Source: Seison nebaliae (lineage: Eukaryota). From it: 56,282 nucleotides of DNA. Both the position numbers and the translations under genes were made by a program. Below the pieces are notes generated by a model. It saw nothing but the letters and a program-made list of their open reading frames with translations, made no database searches and was not told where the DNA came from. Positions 11,524-22,823 of this stretch are shown in pieces. The DNA lies in contig JALJEE010000381.1 of assembly GCA_023231475.1 (NCBI GenBank), positions 1 to 56,282 on the forward strand, in the 5' to 3' direction. Every line of letters begins with the position of its first letter. Position 1 is the first letter of the stretch.

Positions 11524-13083
11524 CTAACGAATATTACTTCTGGGAGGAAGGGGCGAATTGTTCATTGATGAATGTGGATAATCTGGTTGATAAAGATGAC
11601 CGGATGGATCCACATTGAACATGTTGCCACCATCTCGACTCGAGATTCTGGGATGGAATGAGAATGGAGATGGAGCGAAGGGAAAGTTTAACAGATTGTC
11701 ATTCGGTTTCATCGGTATCGACGGAATTGACGATAATTGATCGTTAGAGGGACGATAATGACCGTTCATCCTTTTAGGGAAAGGGTCAGTTTGAAAGAGA
11801 TGAATATGATGACTGTCGGAGGAGGGTGAATTGTATAAGGAAGATTGACCAGATGAAGAGGATGACGATGAAGATGACGAAGGTACAAACGTCGCAGTAC
11901 CAAATGATTGATTGGCATTAGCGAAAGGGAAGCCTCGACTGAACTTCCTAAAACGACTGATGGCCTTCTTGAATGGTTCTTCTGTTTCCTTCTCTAACTT
12001 CTTCCAATTTATTCTCCGTTTCTCTTCCGTCTTCTTCCAGAGAATTGGATCGAAACGAACGATATCTATCTCGATTTCTTCGTCGATAATCATCGATCTC
12101 TTCGAATCGAACGAATCATCAACGATGAAGAACCAAAAACGTTTCTCTTTTTCATAATACCAATGTCGATTATGTCTGAAGGAAAAAGAGTTAGAATAAA
12201 AGAAGGATTTAGAAATTAAGAAAAAAGGAAACAATTCAGAAGCAGCCATCAATTGCAATAATTCACCACCGAAATTGTAGAAAATGAATAAAAGTGTCAA
12301 CGTATCCAATTTGTCGAGTGAGGGACATCGCACACGACAATAAGGACCGGTGGGAAACTTCATTCCACGAGCGAGTGCAACATCATTTCTCTCAAAGATC
12401 TTCAATTGTTTCGATGTGAAAGGACCTCGGAATTTCCTGAGAAATTTAAATAATATAAAATTAGAAATAAAATTAGAAATAAATTTTAAAAAAATTAAAA
12501 TTTGAACTTAGTTTCATTTGTGTGAATGTCTAAAGGAACTTCGTCAAATCCACCGATAAGACGTCGAACTTTATAATTTTTGTTCGTTTCAATCAGTGCC
12601 GCCTTCCATCCAACCAGACCATATTTCTCTCCCAAATGCTTGATGCCGGGATTATTGGTCGATGAACCAGTCAATGAGAGAGAACTAGGCGACGAAGAAT
12701 TTAAAGTGGAATTGGCATTGAAAGAAAATGGAACATCCCCTCCTAACCGATGACCTGATCGGACAAACGGACGAACGGAACCTCCTGCCGTCATGTATGG
12801 ACGGCTGAAATGCGGATAGAAGTTGTTCGATGATGGCATATGAGACGGTGGTCCATGAACCGGAAACGAATTGGCAATTGACGAGAAATTATTAACCATA
12901 TTCGTTGGAGATGCTTTTGATCGCTGATCCATCAACTGATTATTTCGACTATTCATTCTCTGCTCTTTATCATTCAATTCAACATCATCCGAATACGTTC
13001 CATTATTGTTGTTATTATTCTTCCGATTATTGTTGTTATTATTATTATTATTGTTGTTGTTATTACTGTTGTCATTATGATTC

Positions 13084-13120
<37 letters not shown>

Positions 13121-13243
13121 AATTATTATTACTGTTGTTGTTGTTGTTGTTGCCATTAGATGAGGATGATGAGGAAGATGATGATGATGATGATGATGAA
13201 CCACCATTTGTATTACCAGAATTATTTGAATTATTATTCGTTC

Positions 13244-13274
<31 letters not shown>

Positions 13275-13748
13275 GGAAGAATTGCCATTATTCCCATAAT
13301 TCTGATTACCCGTATTATCATCTTTGATGTTGTTATTATTTGATTTGGTTTTACTCGACTTCTTATGTTCGTGATGATTCTGATGAGGATTCTGATGATT
13401 CTTACTATTAGTATTTTCACTCATTCGTAATGAATAGATGAGACAAGACCTGGACGAACGTTTAAGAACATCATCTAATCCATCATTTCGCACTCGAGCT
13501 ATCGTCCAATCGTCTTCATCTAAAAACGTTCCAGTCATTCTCCGATTCGATAAAGACTTCTCCGTCTTCCAATTACTGGGTTCCATTCTCTCATGTCGAA
13601 TGACGTTGAAGATATTAATGAGGAAATCGTTGAGAATCAATCGCCGCGTCTCATTCATTTGTGGGAGGGTGTCACTTTTCAGTTTTATTCTCGATTTGGG
13701 TAAGCACCATTCGGGCGGACTGCATCCACGATGGAGTATATCAACCAT
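11524..13748 (-). CDS. CNOT2: Divergent CCR4-NOT subunit 2-like protein (NOT-box) with long poly-Asn/Ser tract
   Basis: KYGLVG...KFRGPF...TLLFIFYNFGGELLQLMAASEL|HNRHWYYEKEKRFWF resembles the NOT2 NOT-box. Introns 12437-12507 and 12176-12232. The start at MVDILH (13748) is inferred. Confidence 0.75.
13001..13290. repeat. Compound trinucleotide microsatellite (ATT/GTT/GAT)n encoding poly-N and poly-S
   Basis: Long ATT, GTT and GAT runs seen directly. Confidence 0.95.
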
Positions 13749-14334
13749 TTCACACTCTACGAATAATAAAGTATAAGAGAAGAAATCTTTTGTATTTTTT
13801 TTTTGAGGGATGAGAAAAAGAAGAATATGAGAGAAAAAATATGAGAAAGAAAGAAGAATATGGAAAAGAAAGAGAATGACGTTCGTTTCCCTCCAGTTAA
13901 AAATATGATCACCTTCCAAGAATGAAAGGAGAAAAAAAAAATGAAGAAAATTTACTTTCAAATGAAAATAAATTGATACGTTCGCTACTTTTGGAATGTG
14001 GAACAAGAAGAATAACAACAGAATGGAATTTACATTATCTTCTGATTGTGTTCCGTTCCAATTAATAATATATGAAGAAAAAAATGAATTTTATAGTTTT
14101 TCTTTTCAACATCGACATTTCAAATTTACACCGTTCTTTTTCACTTTTCTATCATTTCGTTGATTCGTCATCATTCGACATCAATCAAACGTCATTTTCA
14201 TATTTCAACAATCTTCTTTTTACTTTCCACTATAAACATCGATCATGTTCAAATCGAAAAAGAAAACTTAAAATAATTAAAGAGAAATTGAACATTTGTC
14301 TGTGAAAGAATTAAGGATAAATATCCAAAATATG

Positions 14335-17300
14335 TTACTGTCGATTCTCATAATCTTCATAGACGTTTCCACTATTCCGTTCTACATAATTATCATATGA
14401 ACACGATTGATACGATTCAGGCGGATACGTTCCTGCCGCATATGAAATTAATGGAAATTGATTTCTTGGAAAATATCTAGATGGATATGATGAAAATGAT
14501 TCCTGTGCACATGATTCTGATACGTATTGTTCTTGTGAACAAGATTCCTGTAAATACGATTCTTTAGAGCATGAATCTTGTACATATGATCCTGCAGAAT
14601 ATGATTCCTGTTGGAATGATCCACCAGAATGTGATTCCTGATGGAATGATTCTGTGGAATGTGATTCCTGTGCAAATTGTCCTGTAAATGGATAGGATAC
14701 GTTACGAAACGTTCCTCCACAATCTGATTGGTGATGAAAGGATTCTGTCGAATATGATTCCTGATGGAACGATCCAGATGGATATTGTTCCTGATGAATT
14801 TGTTCTCCGACAGATTGTTGTGGACAAGTTACTATTGGATATGATCGTGCTGGACATAATTCTGTTGGATACTTTTCAGATGGATACGTTGTCAATGAAT
14901 ATGGTTGTGGTGTATAAGTATCAGATGGATGATATGTTCCATTTTCTGATGGGAAATATTCTGCGGAATAAGCTCTCGTCGGATACATTTGATTAGATGG
15001 ATAATTTGTTGAAGAACGTTCTCTCAAATACATATGAGACGGATATGATCCGTTTGGACATAATTCTGTAGAATACGTTTCTGATGGATATGGTACAATT
15101 GTATATGATTCAGATGATGGCGGCAATGCACATGGATAATTCTTCGATATTTCACATTCGGATGGAACATCTCGTGGAGAGAAACATTCGGCTGGATATT
15201 CTTCGGATGGATATACATCACATGAACGATGATCTGTCAAATAAGTATCAGACAAATGAGTATTTGTGGAAAAGGAGGGAGATTGTCGTGCTGAATGATT
15301 TTCAGATGGATAAGAAATTTGATCAATTTGTGAATTGTCTTCCATATCGAATGAGGATGATAATAATTGTCGTCGTTTCTCATTCTTTAAATGTAACGAT
15401 TCGAGATGTTGAATCGTTACATTCAATTCTAATCCTGGTGATGATGTATCATATGGATTGCGATAATCATCATCTTTCATCTCATTGAAATTGGTGGATT
15501 TGGATGATCGACGAAATGGTTTGAAAGAATGGAATTTTTCTTTCGATGAAATTGGAAGAGTACCAGGACCAATTCCTGGTAAGAATGGAGGTGGAAGTGT
15601 GGCTGGTGGTGGAATATTACAAATAAAATCCGCTGTAAATGTTGGCATAGCATATTCGGGAGGAAGTGGTGGATGAATTCTTTCTTCCGCTTCATTCTCT
15701 GTCTCTTCATCATTCTCTAATCGTCTTGGAGCTCTCTTGATGGGTCGATGGGCATAAAGTGTGTCATTATCATGTAGATATAACCAACAAGCACGACAGA
15801 AATATCGGAAACAATAAAGATCACGACAAAAATAAATTCCATCAGCATTCATACAACATGAGCAGATATGCTCCTCCAAATATGGATCGATTTGAAGTTT
15901 CTTTTGAAATTGTTCCGTTTTCATTTCAATATATTCCGATTGAACAGCTTGAAAATAATTATAGAAATTGGAGAAAACGACTCGGGCACTTCCGATAGGA
16001 TATCGATGTCGATCCATATCTATTGCTACGAATATGACAGATCCATACAAATCATTCATTAATTGGAAAAGATGATAGGCAGTCATGGTGCCATGTAATG
16101 AACCGACGAAAACGGTCAATTTCGGATTGATTGCCAATTGTTGTACTTCCAAAACTTGTTCTTCCGAATTCAATTTATCTTCCATCAACGGATAATAAAG
16201 ACAATCAGAAATTCTCCAAGGAATAATTTGAATATCTTTATCAATCTCTTTCTCTGGTATGGTCAATTGAAGATGATAAGATTGAAATGATGGATATCTC
16301 ACCATTTCACATGTACTCAACATATCACTCACATCTTCATGTGTCTCCAACATCACATATGTATAACCGGGGAAACTATCCTTATTAATGAGTGTGATTT
16401 CTGATGACGTTGTACGAGTAGGCAAAGAAATTATTGTTGTTGTTGCTGTTGTTGTTGAAGAAGAAGGAGGAGGAGGAGGAGATATTTCCGATTCATTGGC
16501 AGTAAGAGATTCGATCGTATGAAGAGGTTCTTCAATGATAACTTCCGATGAGAATTGTGAGAAGAATTCATATAAATCATCTTCCGTACAATTGTGAGGG
16601 AGACCGCCAACGAACATTTTACAAGAGAATTTCGGTGGAAATCGACGAGGTCGACTTTTACGTAATATGCCTTGCCATAACCGTTGTCGTGGCCATTTAT
16701 CTGATGATAAATTGATGAATTGGAAAAGAGAACAACTTCGAATTGGATGGGATGAATATTTCAATTGTTCCTGCTCCTTCAATCTCGTCCGATATTTGTA
16801 ACGATCCAACAAATAAATTCTCAATTGATGATCATCTCGACTCAAAACATTCGCTCGTAATGCATTCGATTTTCTGATAAGATTCCTTCGACATGCCACA
16901 CTCATCATCATTCCCACACATAAATCATCAAAATTAATCGAAGACAACGATTCCTCTTCTTCACAATTCAAACTAGTATGAACATCATCGAGTTCTTGAG
17001 GTATTTGAGTGTTAAAATTATCCATTCGAAACTCTTCATCACAATATTCTCGTTTAACATATTTATAATTTTCCATTTTATTTCCATAATAATTCTGTTC
17101 CTGATTATTCATTATACATTTCCCATAATTGTCCATAATATCATTTCTTAAATTTCTTGGATTATAATTCTCCAAATTCGCTAGATGATTCTCTGAAATT
17201 AAATTATTATCATTGTTGTTGTTGTTGTTGCTGTTGTTGTTTTCTACAATGAAATTATTCATATTTCCAGAAATATAATTATTCATCATATTTCCTGATA

Positions 17301-17787
17301 CGAATGTTCTAACATATCTCCCTGAGAAATTATTCATATTATTCGGATGAAAATTACCCATAATACTTCCCTGCAAATTATTGACGGCACCGTTCAGATA
17401 ATTGGGAGGACGGAAAGTGTTGACGGCTGCAGGAGGGAAATGACATAAATTGCCATTTTGAATGTGACACATATTTGTTGGAATGAAATTAGTGATATTT
17501 CTAGGAATGAAATTGCCCATGTTTCTACACGGGAAATTGACCATTCTTTCAGGAATATAATTTCCGATTCGTTGAGAGAGAGAATATTCTCGTTTCTCTG
17601 GAATCATATTCTCAATTTGTTGTCGAACCGAATTCGCAACTTTCACATCAACTAACTCGTCAATATTCTCGGAAACGTCAACGTCACCGATAACAGAACG
17701 GTTCTCCACCGTCATATCGTCATCGTCGATGGCAGCCCACAAATCAGCTGGAAGGGAATGTTCGAATTCCATCCTCTCAACCGACAT
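14335..17787 (-). CDS. CPEB1: Cytoplasmic polyadenylation element-binding protein, CPEB1/Orb subfamily, intronless, with long C-terminal extension
   Basis: FSCKMFVGGLP (RRM1), IQIIPW, TVFVGSLHG and AIDMDRHRYPIGSARVVF (RRM2), QIDPYLEE, ZZ finger CSCC..FCRDLYCFRYFCRACW..H..HRP. Confidence 0.92.
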   Translation of the reverse strand: MSVERMEFEHSLPADLWAAIDDDDMTVENRSVIGDVDVSENIDELVDVKVANSVRQQIENMIPEKREYSLSQRIGNYIPERMVNFPCRNMGNFIPRNITNFIPTNMCHIQNGNLCHFPPAAVNTFRPPNYLNGAVNNLQGSIMGNFHPNNMNNFSGRYVRTFVSGNMMNNYISGNMNNFIVENNNSNNNNNNDNNLISENHLANLENYNPRNLRNDIMDNYGKCIMNNQEQNYYGNKMENYKYVKREYCDEEFRMDNFNTQIPQELDDVHTSLNCEEEESLSSINFDDLCVGMMMSVACRRNLIRKSNALRANVLSRDDHQLRIYLLDRYKYRTRLKEQEQLKYSSHPIRSCSLFQFINLSSDKWPRQRLWQGILRKSRPRRFPPKFSCKMFVGGLPHNCTEDDLYEFFSQFSSEVIIEEPLHTIESLTANESEISPPPPPSSSTTTATTTIISLPTRTTSSEITLINKDSFPGYTYVMLETHEDVSDMLSTCEMVRYPSFQSYHLQLTIPEKEIDKDIQIIPWRISDCLYYPLMEDKLNSEEQVLEVQQLAINPKLTVFVGSLHGTMTAYHLFQLMNDLYGSVIFVAIDMDRHRYPIGSARVVFSNFYNYFQAVQSEYIEMKTEQFQKKLQIDPYLEEHICSCCMNADGIYFCRDLYCFRYFCRACWLYLHDNDTLYAHRPIKRAPRRLENDEETENEAEERIHPPLPPEYAMPTFTADFICNIPPPATLPPPFLPGIGPGTLPISSKEKFHSFKPFRRSSKSTNFNEMKDDDYRNPYDTSSPGLELNVTIQHLESLHLKNEKRRQLLSSSFDMEDNSQIDQISYPSENHSARQSPSFSTNTHLSDTYLTDHRSCDVYPSEEYPAECFSPRDVPSECEISKNYPCALPPSSESYTIVPYPSETYSTELCPNGSYPSHMYLRERSSTNYPSNQMYPTRAYSAEYFPSENGTYHPSDTYTPQPYSLTTYPSEKYPTELCPARSYPIVTCPQQSVGEQIHQEQYPSGSFHQESYSTESFHHQSDCGGTFRNVSYPFTGQFAQESHSTESFHQESHSGGSFQQESYSAGSYVQDSCSKESYLQESCSQEQYVSESCAQESFSSYPSRYFPRNQFPLISYAAGTYPPESYQSCSYDNYVERNSGNVYEDYENRQ

Positions 17788-18023
17788 TTAAAATACGTAG
17801 ATATCACTCTCAATCAATGATCAGAGGAAAGAATGAAGGAATATGAAGGAAACTAATGGGGGAAAAAAGATGAGATAGGATTAAAATCGAAATTTCTATT
17901 CTATTGGCGACATGTTATTCGACCGATCAATCATTGTGGAGAAGATGTGTTTCGGTGGGAGGAATATACAAACATTTCTACGTTTCTCCCATATCTTCCT
18001 CAATCACACAATCACCTTACTAC

Positions 18024-18072
18024 TACACACACACACACACACATACAGACACGAAAACACACACACACACAC
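18024..18072. repeat. Interrupted (CA)n microsatellite upstream of CPEB
   Basis: acacacacacacacacacatacagacacgaaaacacacacacacacac. Confidence 0.9.
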
Positions 18073-18792
18073 AAATCGATTCAAATTTACTAGACACAGA
18101 TAGACTCTCGATAGAAATCTCCTTCCACTCATACATTCTGCTTACATATGTATAGAAGAAAAAGAAGAGAAACGGAGAATGTGCTTCAATCCACCATCTC
18201 ATACCAGCACAATCTCAACAAATTGAAATATAGAAAACAGATGAATTTTAAGCTGCATTCAACTGACAATTGGAAATCTTCTCTCCTCTCCCATCAACAT
18301 CCTATTTAAAATTGAAACAATTCTCCCAATCTCAATTATTTTCTCCACTCATATCCTCTTCCATTAACAAAAGAAACAATGAGAGACAATGTAAATCTTT
18401 AATGATTTTTTCTTTTTTTTAAAAATTGAGCTTCTATTCATCGAATTTCAAATAGACGAACGTCTTCAAATAATTCTCGGTTTTTGAATATTTTCAATTA
18501 TAATTTCAAATCTTTTCAAATCGAATAGAATTTATTTTTCACAATCTTATTCTGTGAGTTCATGTTATGCACAGATGGTAATTATTGGAATTTAATTAAA
18601 TGATTTTTAAAAGAAAAGAATGATTTTCATCAACTTTTAAATTTATTTATTAGTGAATAAATAATAAGTATAATAGTAGTTGGTTTGACCCGTTGAATAA
18701 ATGAATAACAACAAATACTTAATTCGATTAAAATAATTTGTGAATGAATCATCGTTTCTTCCATTATAATAAGAGGATGTGATGAATTGTTT

Positions 18793-20247
18793 TCACATGA
18801 AATTCTGAAGCATTCCAACATCCACCACATTCGCATTCCGTACCAATAGAAGATTCCTACTATCTGTCCTTTCTACCACAACCGTTCCACTCAGATAATC
18901 GTGAATACCTCGCCGATATGGATTCTGCCAATGAAGTATCATCATTGGTGGTAGGACGGAAATGAGAAGATATTTGATGAAGTGGCGAAATAGTGCGCGG
19001 AAGAATCCCAAATTGGAGGATGGCAAAGCGATTAGTAAATGTTGCATTTGTTGTTGGAGATTAAGATGAGTCAATTGAATATCATTCGATGTGGTGTTGA
19101 TGAATTGCTCCTGATATTGGTTGAGAGGTCGAACGAAAATATTATAAGAGTGAGTAGAGGATGTATATTTGAGACGAGTGACTGATTGGAGGATTTTGTC
19201 ACATCTGATCACTCTCATTCTCATCAACAATTGGCCCAATGACGACCCATCCAAATAATGATAACAAATGGCATAATAGAAACTGGAGATGAAGAGACCG
19301 ACCAACTCCAACAAACCATAAGTGCGCCAGAAGTCGTTGACAGAGATGGAAGTGGGCGGCATATCCGACGTGGAATTAATGGATTTCTGAAGGAAATCCG
19401 ACGACGAAAACAGACGGCTAAACAAGGAGAATTTAACATTGTTCAAATATGGATTCGTATTGGAATCAGCTGAGAAAGATTGAATGAGTTCACCCATATA
19501 ACTCACGTACGTCTTCAATTCTCCAATATCATAAAAGAAATAAAAGATGAACCAAATCATCACAAATCGAAGAATGAGAGCGAATATCGAATCTAGTATA
19601 ACAGCAAAACATCGACGATGAAATGATGGTATTGAAAAGATAAATGTCTCCAACCATACTCTCATGAGCATCTTCTCGAATTCTAAAGGATTTCTTCCCA
19701 TTGTCGTTCCATTCCCGCCATTTATTCCTTGACGGAAATTTTCCGCTCTCGTCACTACCGTCACTCGATTACTCTCATTATTCTGATGATAATTCAATAA
19801 TTGATTTAATCCTGTTTGTTGTTGTTGTTGTTGTTGTTGTTGTTGGTTGAAACGATAAGAGAAATGTAATTTGACAACTTCCTCATTTCCATTATAAGCG
19901 ATAACATCACCGCTATTATTGAAATTGTTATTATTATTATTATTATTAATCTCATTTGGAGTAATAATATTATTTGAAGAAGAATTGACAACATCATTAA
20001 ACATCGAATGATCTATCATCAGTTGTTCATGATTTTCATTCATTTTCACTTTTTGGAATGAATTCGAGAAGGAATTCAATTCATGAAATCGTTGCGAATT
20101 CGATTCGAACACATTCATATAGTTTTTTGCGTCTTCCAATGCGCGTTTGGAAGCACGTTGACGCAACACAGTCTCCATATATTCATCGTCATGCTGGTGA
20201 GCGGAGGTTTGGATGAATTGGATAATATCTTTCATTTCCTCTCCCAT
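18793..20247 (-). CDS. FAM8A1: FAM8A1-like RDD-domain membrane protein, intronless
   Basis: IPSFHRRCFAVILDSIF (RDD start), GSSLGQLLMRMRVIRCD, RALFRHFIK, RRGIHDYLSGTVVVE; poly-N/Q N-terminus. Confidence 0.8.
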   Translation of the reverse strand: MGEEMKDIIQFIQTSAHQHDDEYMETVLRQRASKRALEDAKNYMNVFESNSQRFHELNSFSNSFQKVKMNENHEQLMIDHSMFNDVVNSSSNNIITPNEINNNNNNNNFNNSGDVIAYNGNEEVVKLHFSYRFNQQQQQQQQQQTGLNQLLNYHQNNESNRVTVVTRAENFRQGINGGNGTTMGRNPLEFEKMLMRVWLETFIFSIPSFHRRCFAVILDSIFALILRFVMIWFIFYFFYDIGELKTYVSYMGELIQSFSADSNTNPYLNNVKFSLFSRLFSSSDFLQKSINSTSDMPPTSISVNDFWRTYGLLELVGLFISSFYYAICYHYLDGSSLGQLLMRMRVIRCDKILQSVTRLKYTSSTHSYNIFVRPLNQYQEQFINTTSNDIQLTHLNLQQQMQHLLIALPSSNLGFFRALFRHFIKYLLISVLPPMMILHWQNPYRRGIHDYLSGTVVVERTDSRNLLLVRNANVVDVGMLQNFM

Positions 20248-20811
20248 GTCTTATCAGTAGTTCTCAGACGAATCTCTAAAGTTCGATAGGAATAAGAGAA
20301 ATGAAAAGAAAATTCATAAATTCTTCGTCGACGACAAATTAGAAAAATACTTCAATTCAATTCTTCAATTACTTTCTACCGTTTCTCTCTATTCGATTTC
20401 ATTATATTAGATGAATCAGCATAACTCATTCCGTCACTCTTCCATCCAATTTTCAAAAATTACTTTATTTTTTTTTTTTCATTCAAATCTTAAGGTTATT
20501 CTCTTATGTCGATTGTAATCATCTGCCAATCTTACCAAATAACAATTCATCTATAATCATCTTCCCAATTTTTTCTTTTCAAAAATATTATTCTTATATT
20601 TATTACTAACATAGTATGTTATATCTATTACATTTATCGCCTTTTCATAACTTAGCTTTTTTCTTAGCTTTCTTCTTAGCTTTCTATTAAGTATTGATTA
20701 TGAAAATTTTAATTTGACTAATGAATAGAATGGTAGAAGAACTAAATTGAACCTTATTAAAAATGAGATAAATTACAAGGAGAAATTAAAGAAAATTCGA
20801 AGAGGATTAAG

Positions 20812-22548
20812 TTAAATGAAATTTATTCGTCTCAACAAATAAGAAATGATAAGGAGAAGAAAACTTAATAATAATATGATGAAGCGAAATCGATTTCTCT
20901 CATAGAATTGATGGTCAGAAATGACGAGACCTGATGAAAGAAATGAAGAAAATGAGATGAATACAAAAAGGAAACCTTTCATACAAAATTTAGTGAAATC
21001 AGTTATTTCCACTTTCATCATTCTCCCCATCAAATCTTTATTCTGTTCATTCTTATCTAACACGATCTAAAATTTGAGAATTTTATAGAATTAAATTGAT
21101 AATGGAAATGTGAGAAACTTGTTCATATTCTTTATTGTGAGCGATGAATGATTTCTGATTCTCTTCTACTATCAATACCTCATATTTCTTCCCGATTCGA
21201 TTATCATACGGTTCGTACGATTTGAATTTCTCCGTCATTAATGCCGTCCGTCTTCGTTTCTATGAAAATATTTATGAATTTATAAATTAAGAGAAATTTG
21301 AAAAATTCACTTCTTTCGTAGTGAGTTGAGGGAGAGTGGCGGCAATAGTTCCAGATCTCGGATAGAATTGATTGATGAAAACTGAAGTAAATTTAAATTC
21401 GTCTATTAATTGAAGTGATTGTTGGAAATCTTCTTCGGTTTCTGTCGGATATCCACAAATGAAATCAGTAGCGATATTAATTCGAGGAACACTAGAATAT
21501 GACAATAGAATTTCTTGAAGAAAAAAAACGAAAAAAAATAAGAAAACTTTTTTTTCAAATAATTCACCAATTCTTTAAAATTCTCAACGGAATACTCTCT
21601 CCTCATATGTCCCAATACGTCATTACTGCCCGATTGCACTGGAATATGAATGAATGAATAAACTTTCTCATTCTTCAATATTCTACACATTTCTTTCATA
21701 TGATTCATAACATATGGTGGATTAGTCATTCCTATTCTCATACGACATCCATCTGGTATCTCTTTCACTAATTCATTCAATAAATCAATTATCGTCACTC
21801 CCAAATCTTGACCATATGCCCCACTATCTTCCGATGTCAACCACACTTCTTTCACACCATCATCAAATGCGCAAATCATTTGATCTTTGATTTGATCGAT
21901 CGAATAACTTTTGAGATTTCCTCTCGCCATTTTCGTTTTACAATATGAACAAGTATTTAGACAACCGGAATTAATTGCCAAAATTTCTACAAGTTTATTT
22001 TTTCGTTTTTTCGGCAATTTGAGATCTGGAGCATTTTTTCGATTTAATTTCTTAAAAATAATTTTCTCTTTTTTTTTCGTTTGTTCAATCGCTTCTTTTA
22101 CTTGATCGATTTGATTGACACCGATAACTGGAATGTCGTCGAGGAAACTGTCTTTATATGATACTTGACCAATACAACCAGCCGCTACAATTTTCTTCCC
22201 CAAATATTTCCCATTCCTCACCCAATCTTTAAATTTGTCTTCTGATGGTGTCTTCGCTGTACAACCATTCAATATCCAAACATCTGCTTCCTCTTCTGTC
22301 GATACTAATTCAAATCTTTCTTTTGCATCTTCAACTATTCCACTCATATATTCCCCATCAGAGATGTTGTGAGAACAACCCCAAGTCTTGACGAAAACTT
22401 TTAATTTCTTATCTTTTTTAAAATTTCCAAATTCATTCATTTTCTCCATCTTCTCCAATGAATGTTTCGGTGTTGATTTCCCAATCGGTTCCACATATTC
22501 TCTCATTAAGTTCACTCCATCACATTCCACAATATCTTCGATATCCAT
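20812..22548 (-). CDS. CDKAL1: Threonylcarbamoyladenosine tRNA methylthiotransferase, 5 exons
   Basis: [15 protein letters not shown], radical-[65 protein letters not shown] domain and C-terminal TM segment. Four short introns restore the frame. Confidence 0.95.
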
Positions 22549-22823
22549 TACACCGAAAAATGTGAAGTTTTTTTCGACTTAGAAATCAAAAGAAAATTCT
22601 AAAAGTTTTCTCTCAAACTCTTTTATATTATTCAATTTTAATATAATCTTTCACTTCCACACTGGTCATTTTTTTTATTTAAAAAAGAAGAATTTTTTTA
22701 AAAAATTTCTTTTACTAATTTTTAAGTTTGTAAACTTTTCGGGAAATATTTGGAAAATAATAAAAAAAAAATTTGAGTTTTTATGAAGGTAGCTGATTAA
22801 AATTATGAAGAAAATTTCAAATT

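Noticed and set aside
12905..13420. Poly-Tyr/Cys and poly-Ile ORFs (and similar short antisense ORFs across the window)
   Set aside because: Alternative frames of trinucleotide repeats, or antisense shadows of real genes.
13749..14018. Hydrophobic N-terminal extension of the CNOT2 ORF
   Set aside because: Non-ATG start; the F/L/I/S-rich translation of a pyrimidine tract ending in TTCGTAG is more like UTR or intron.
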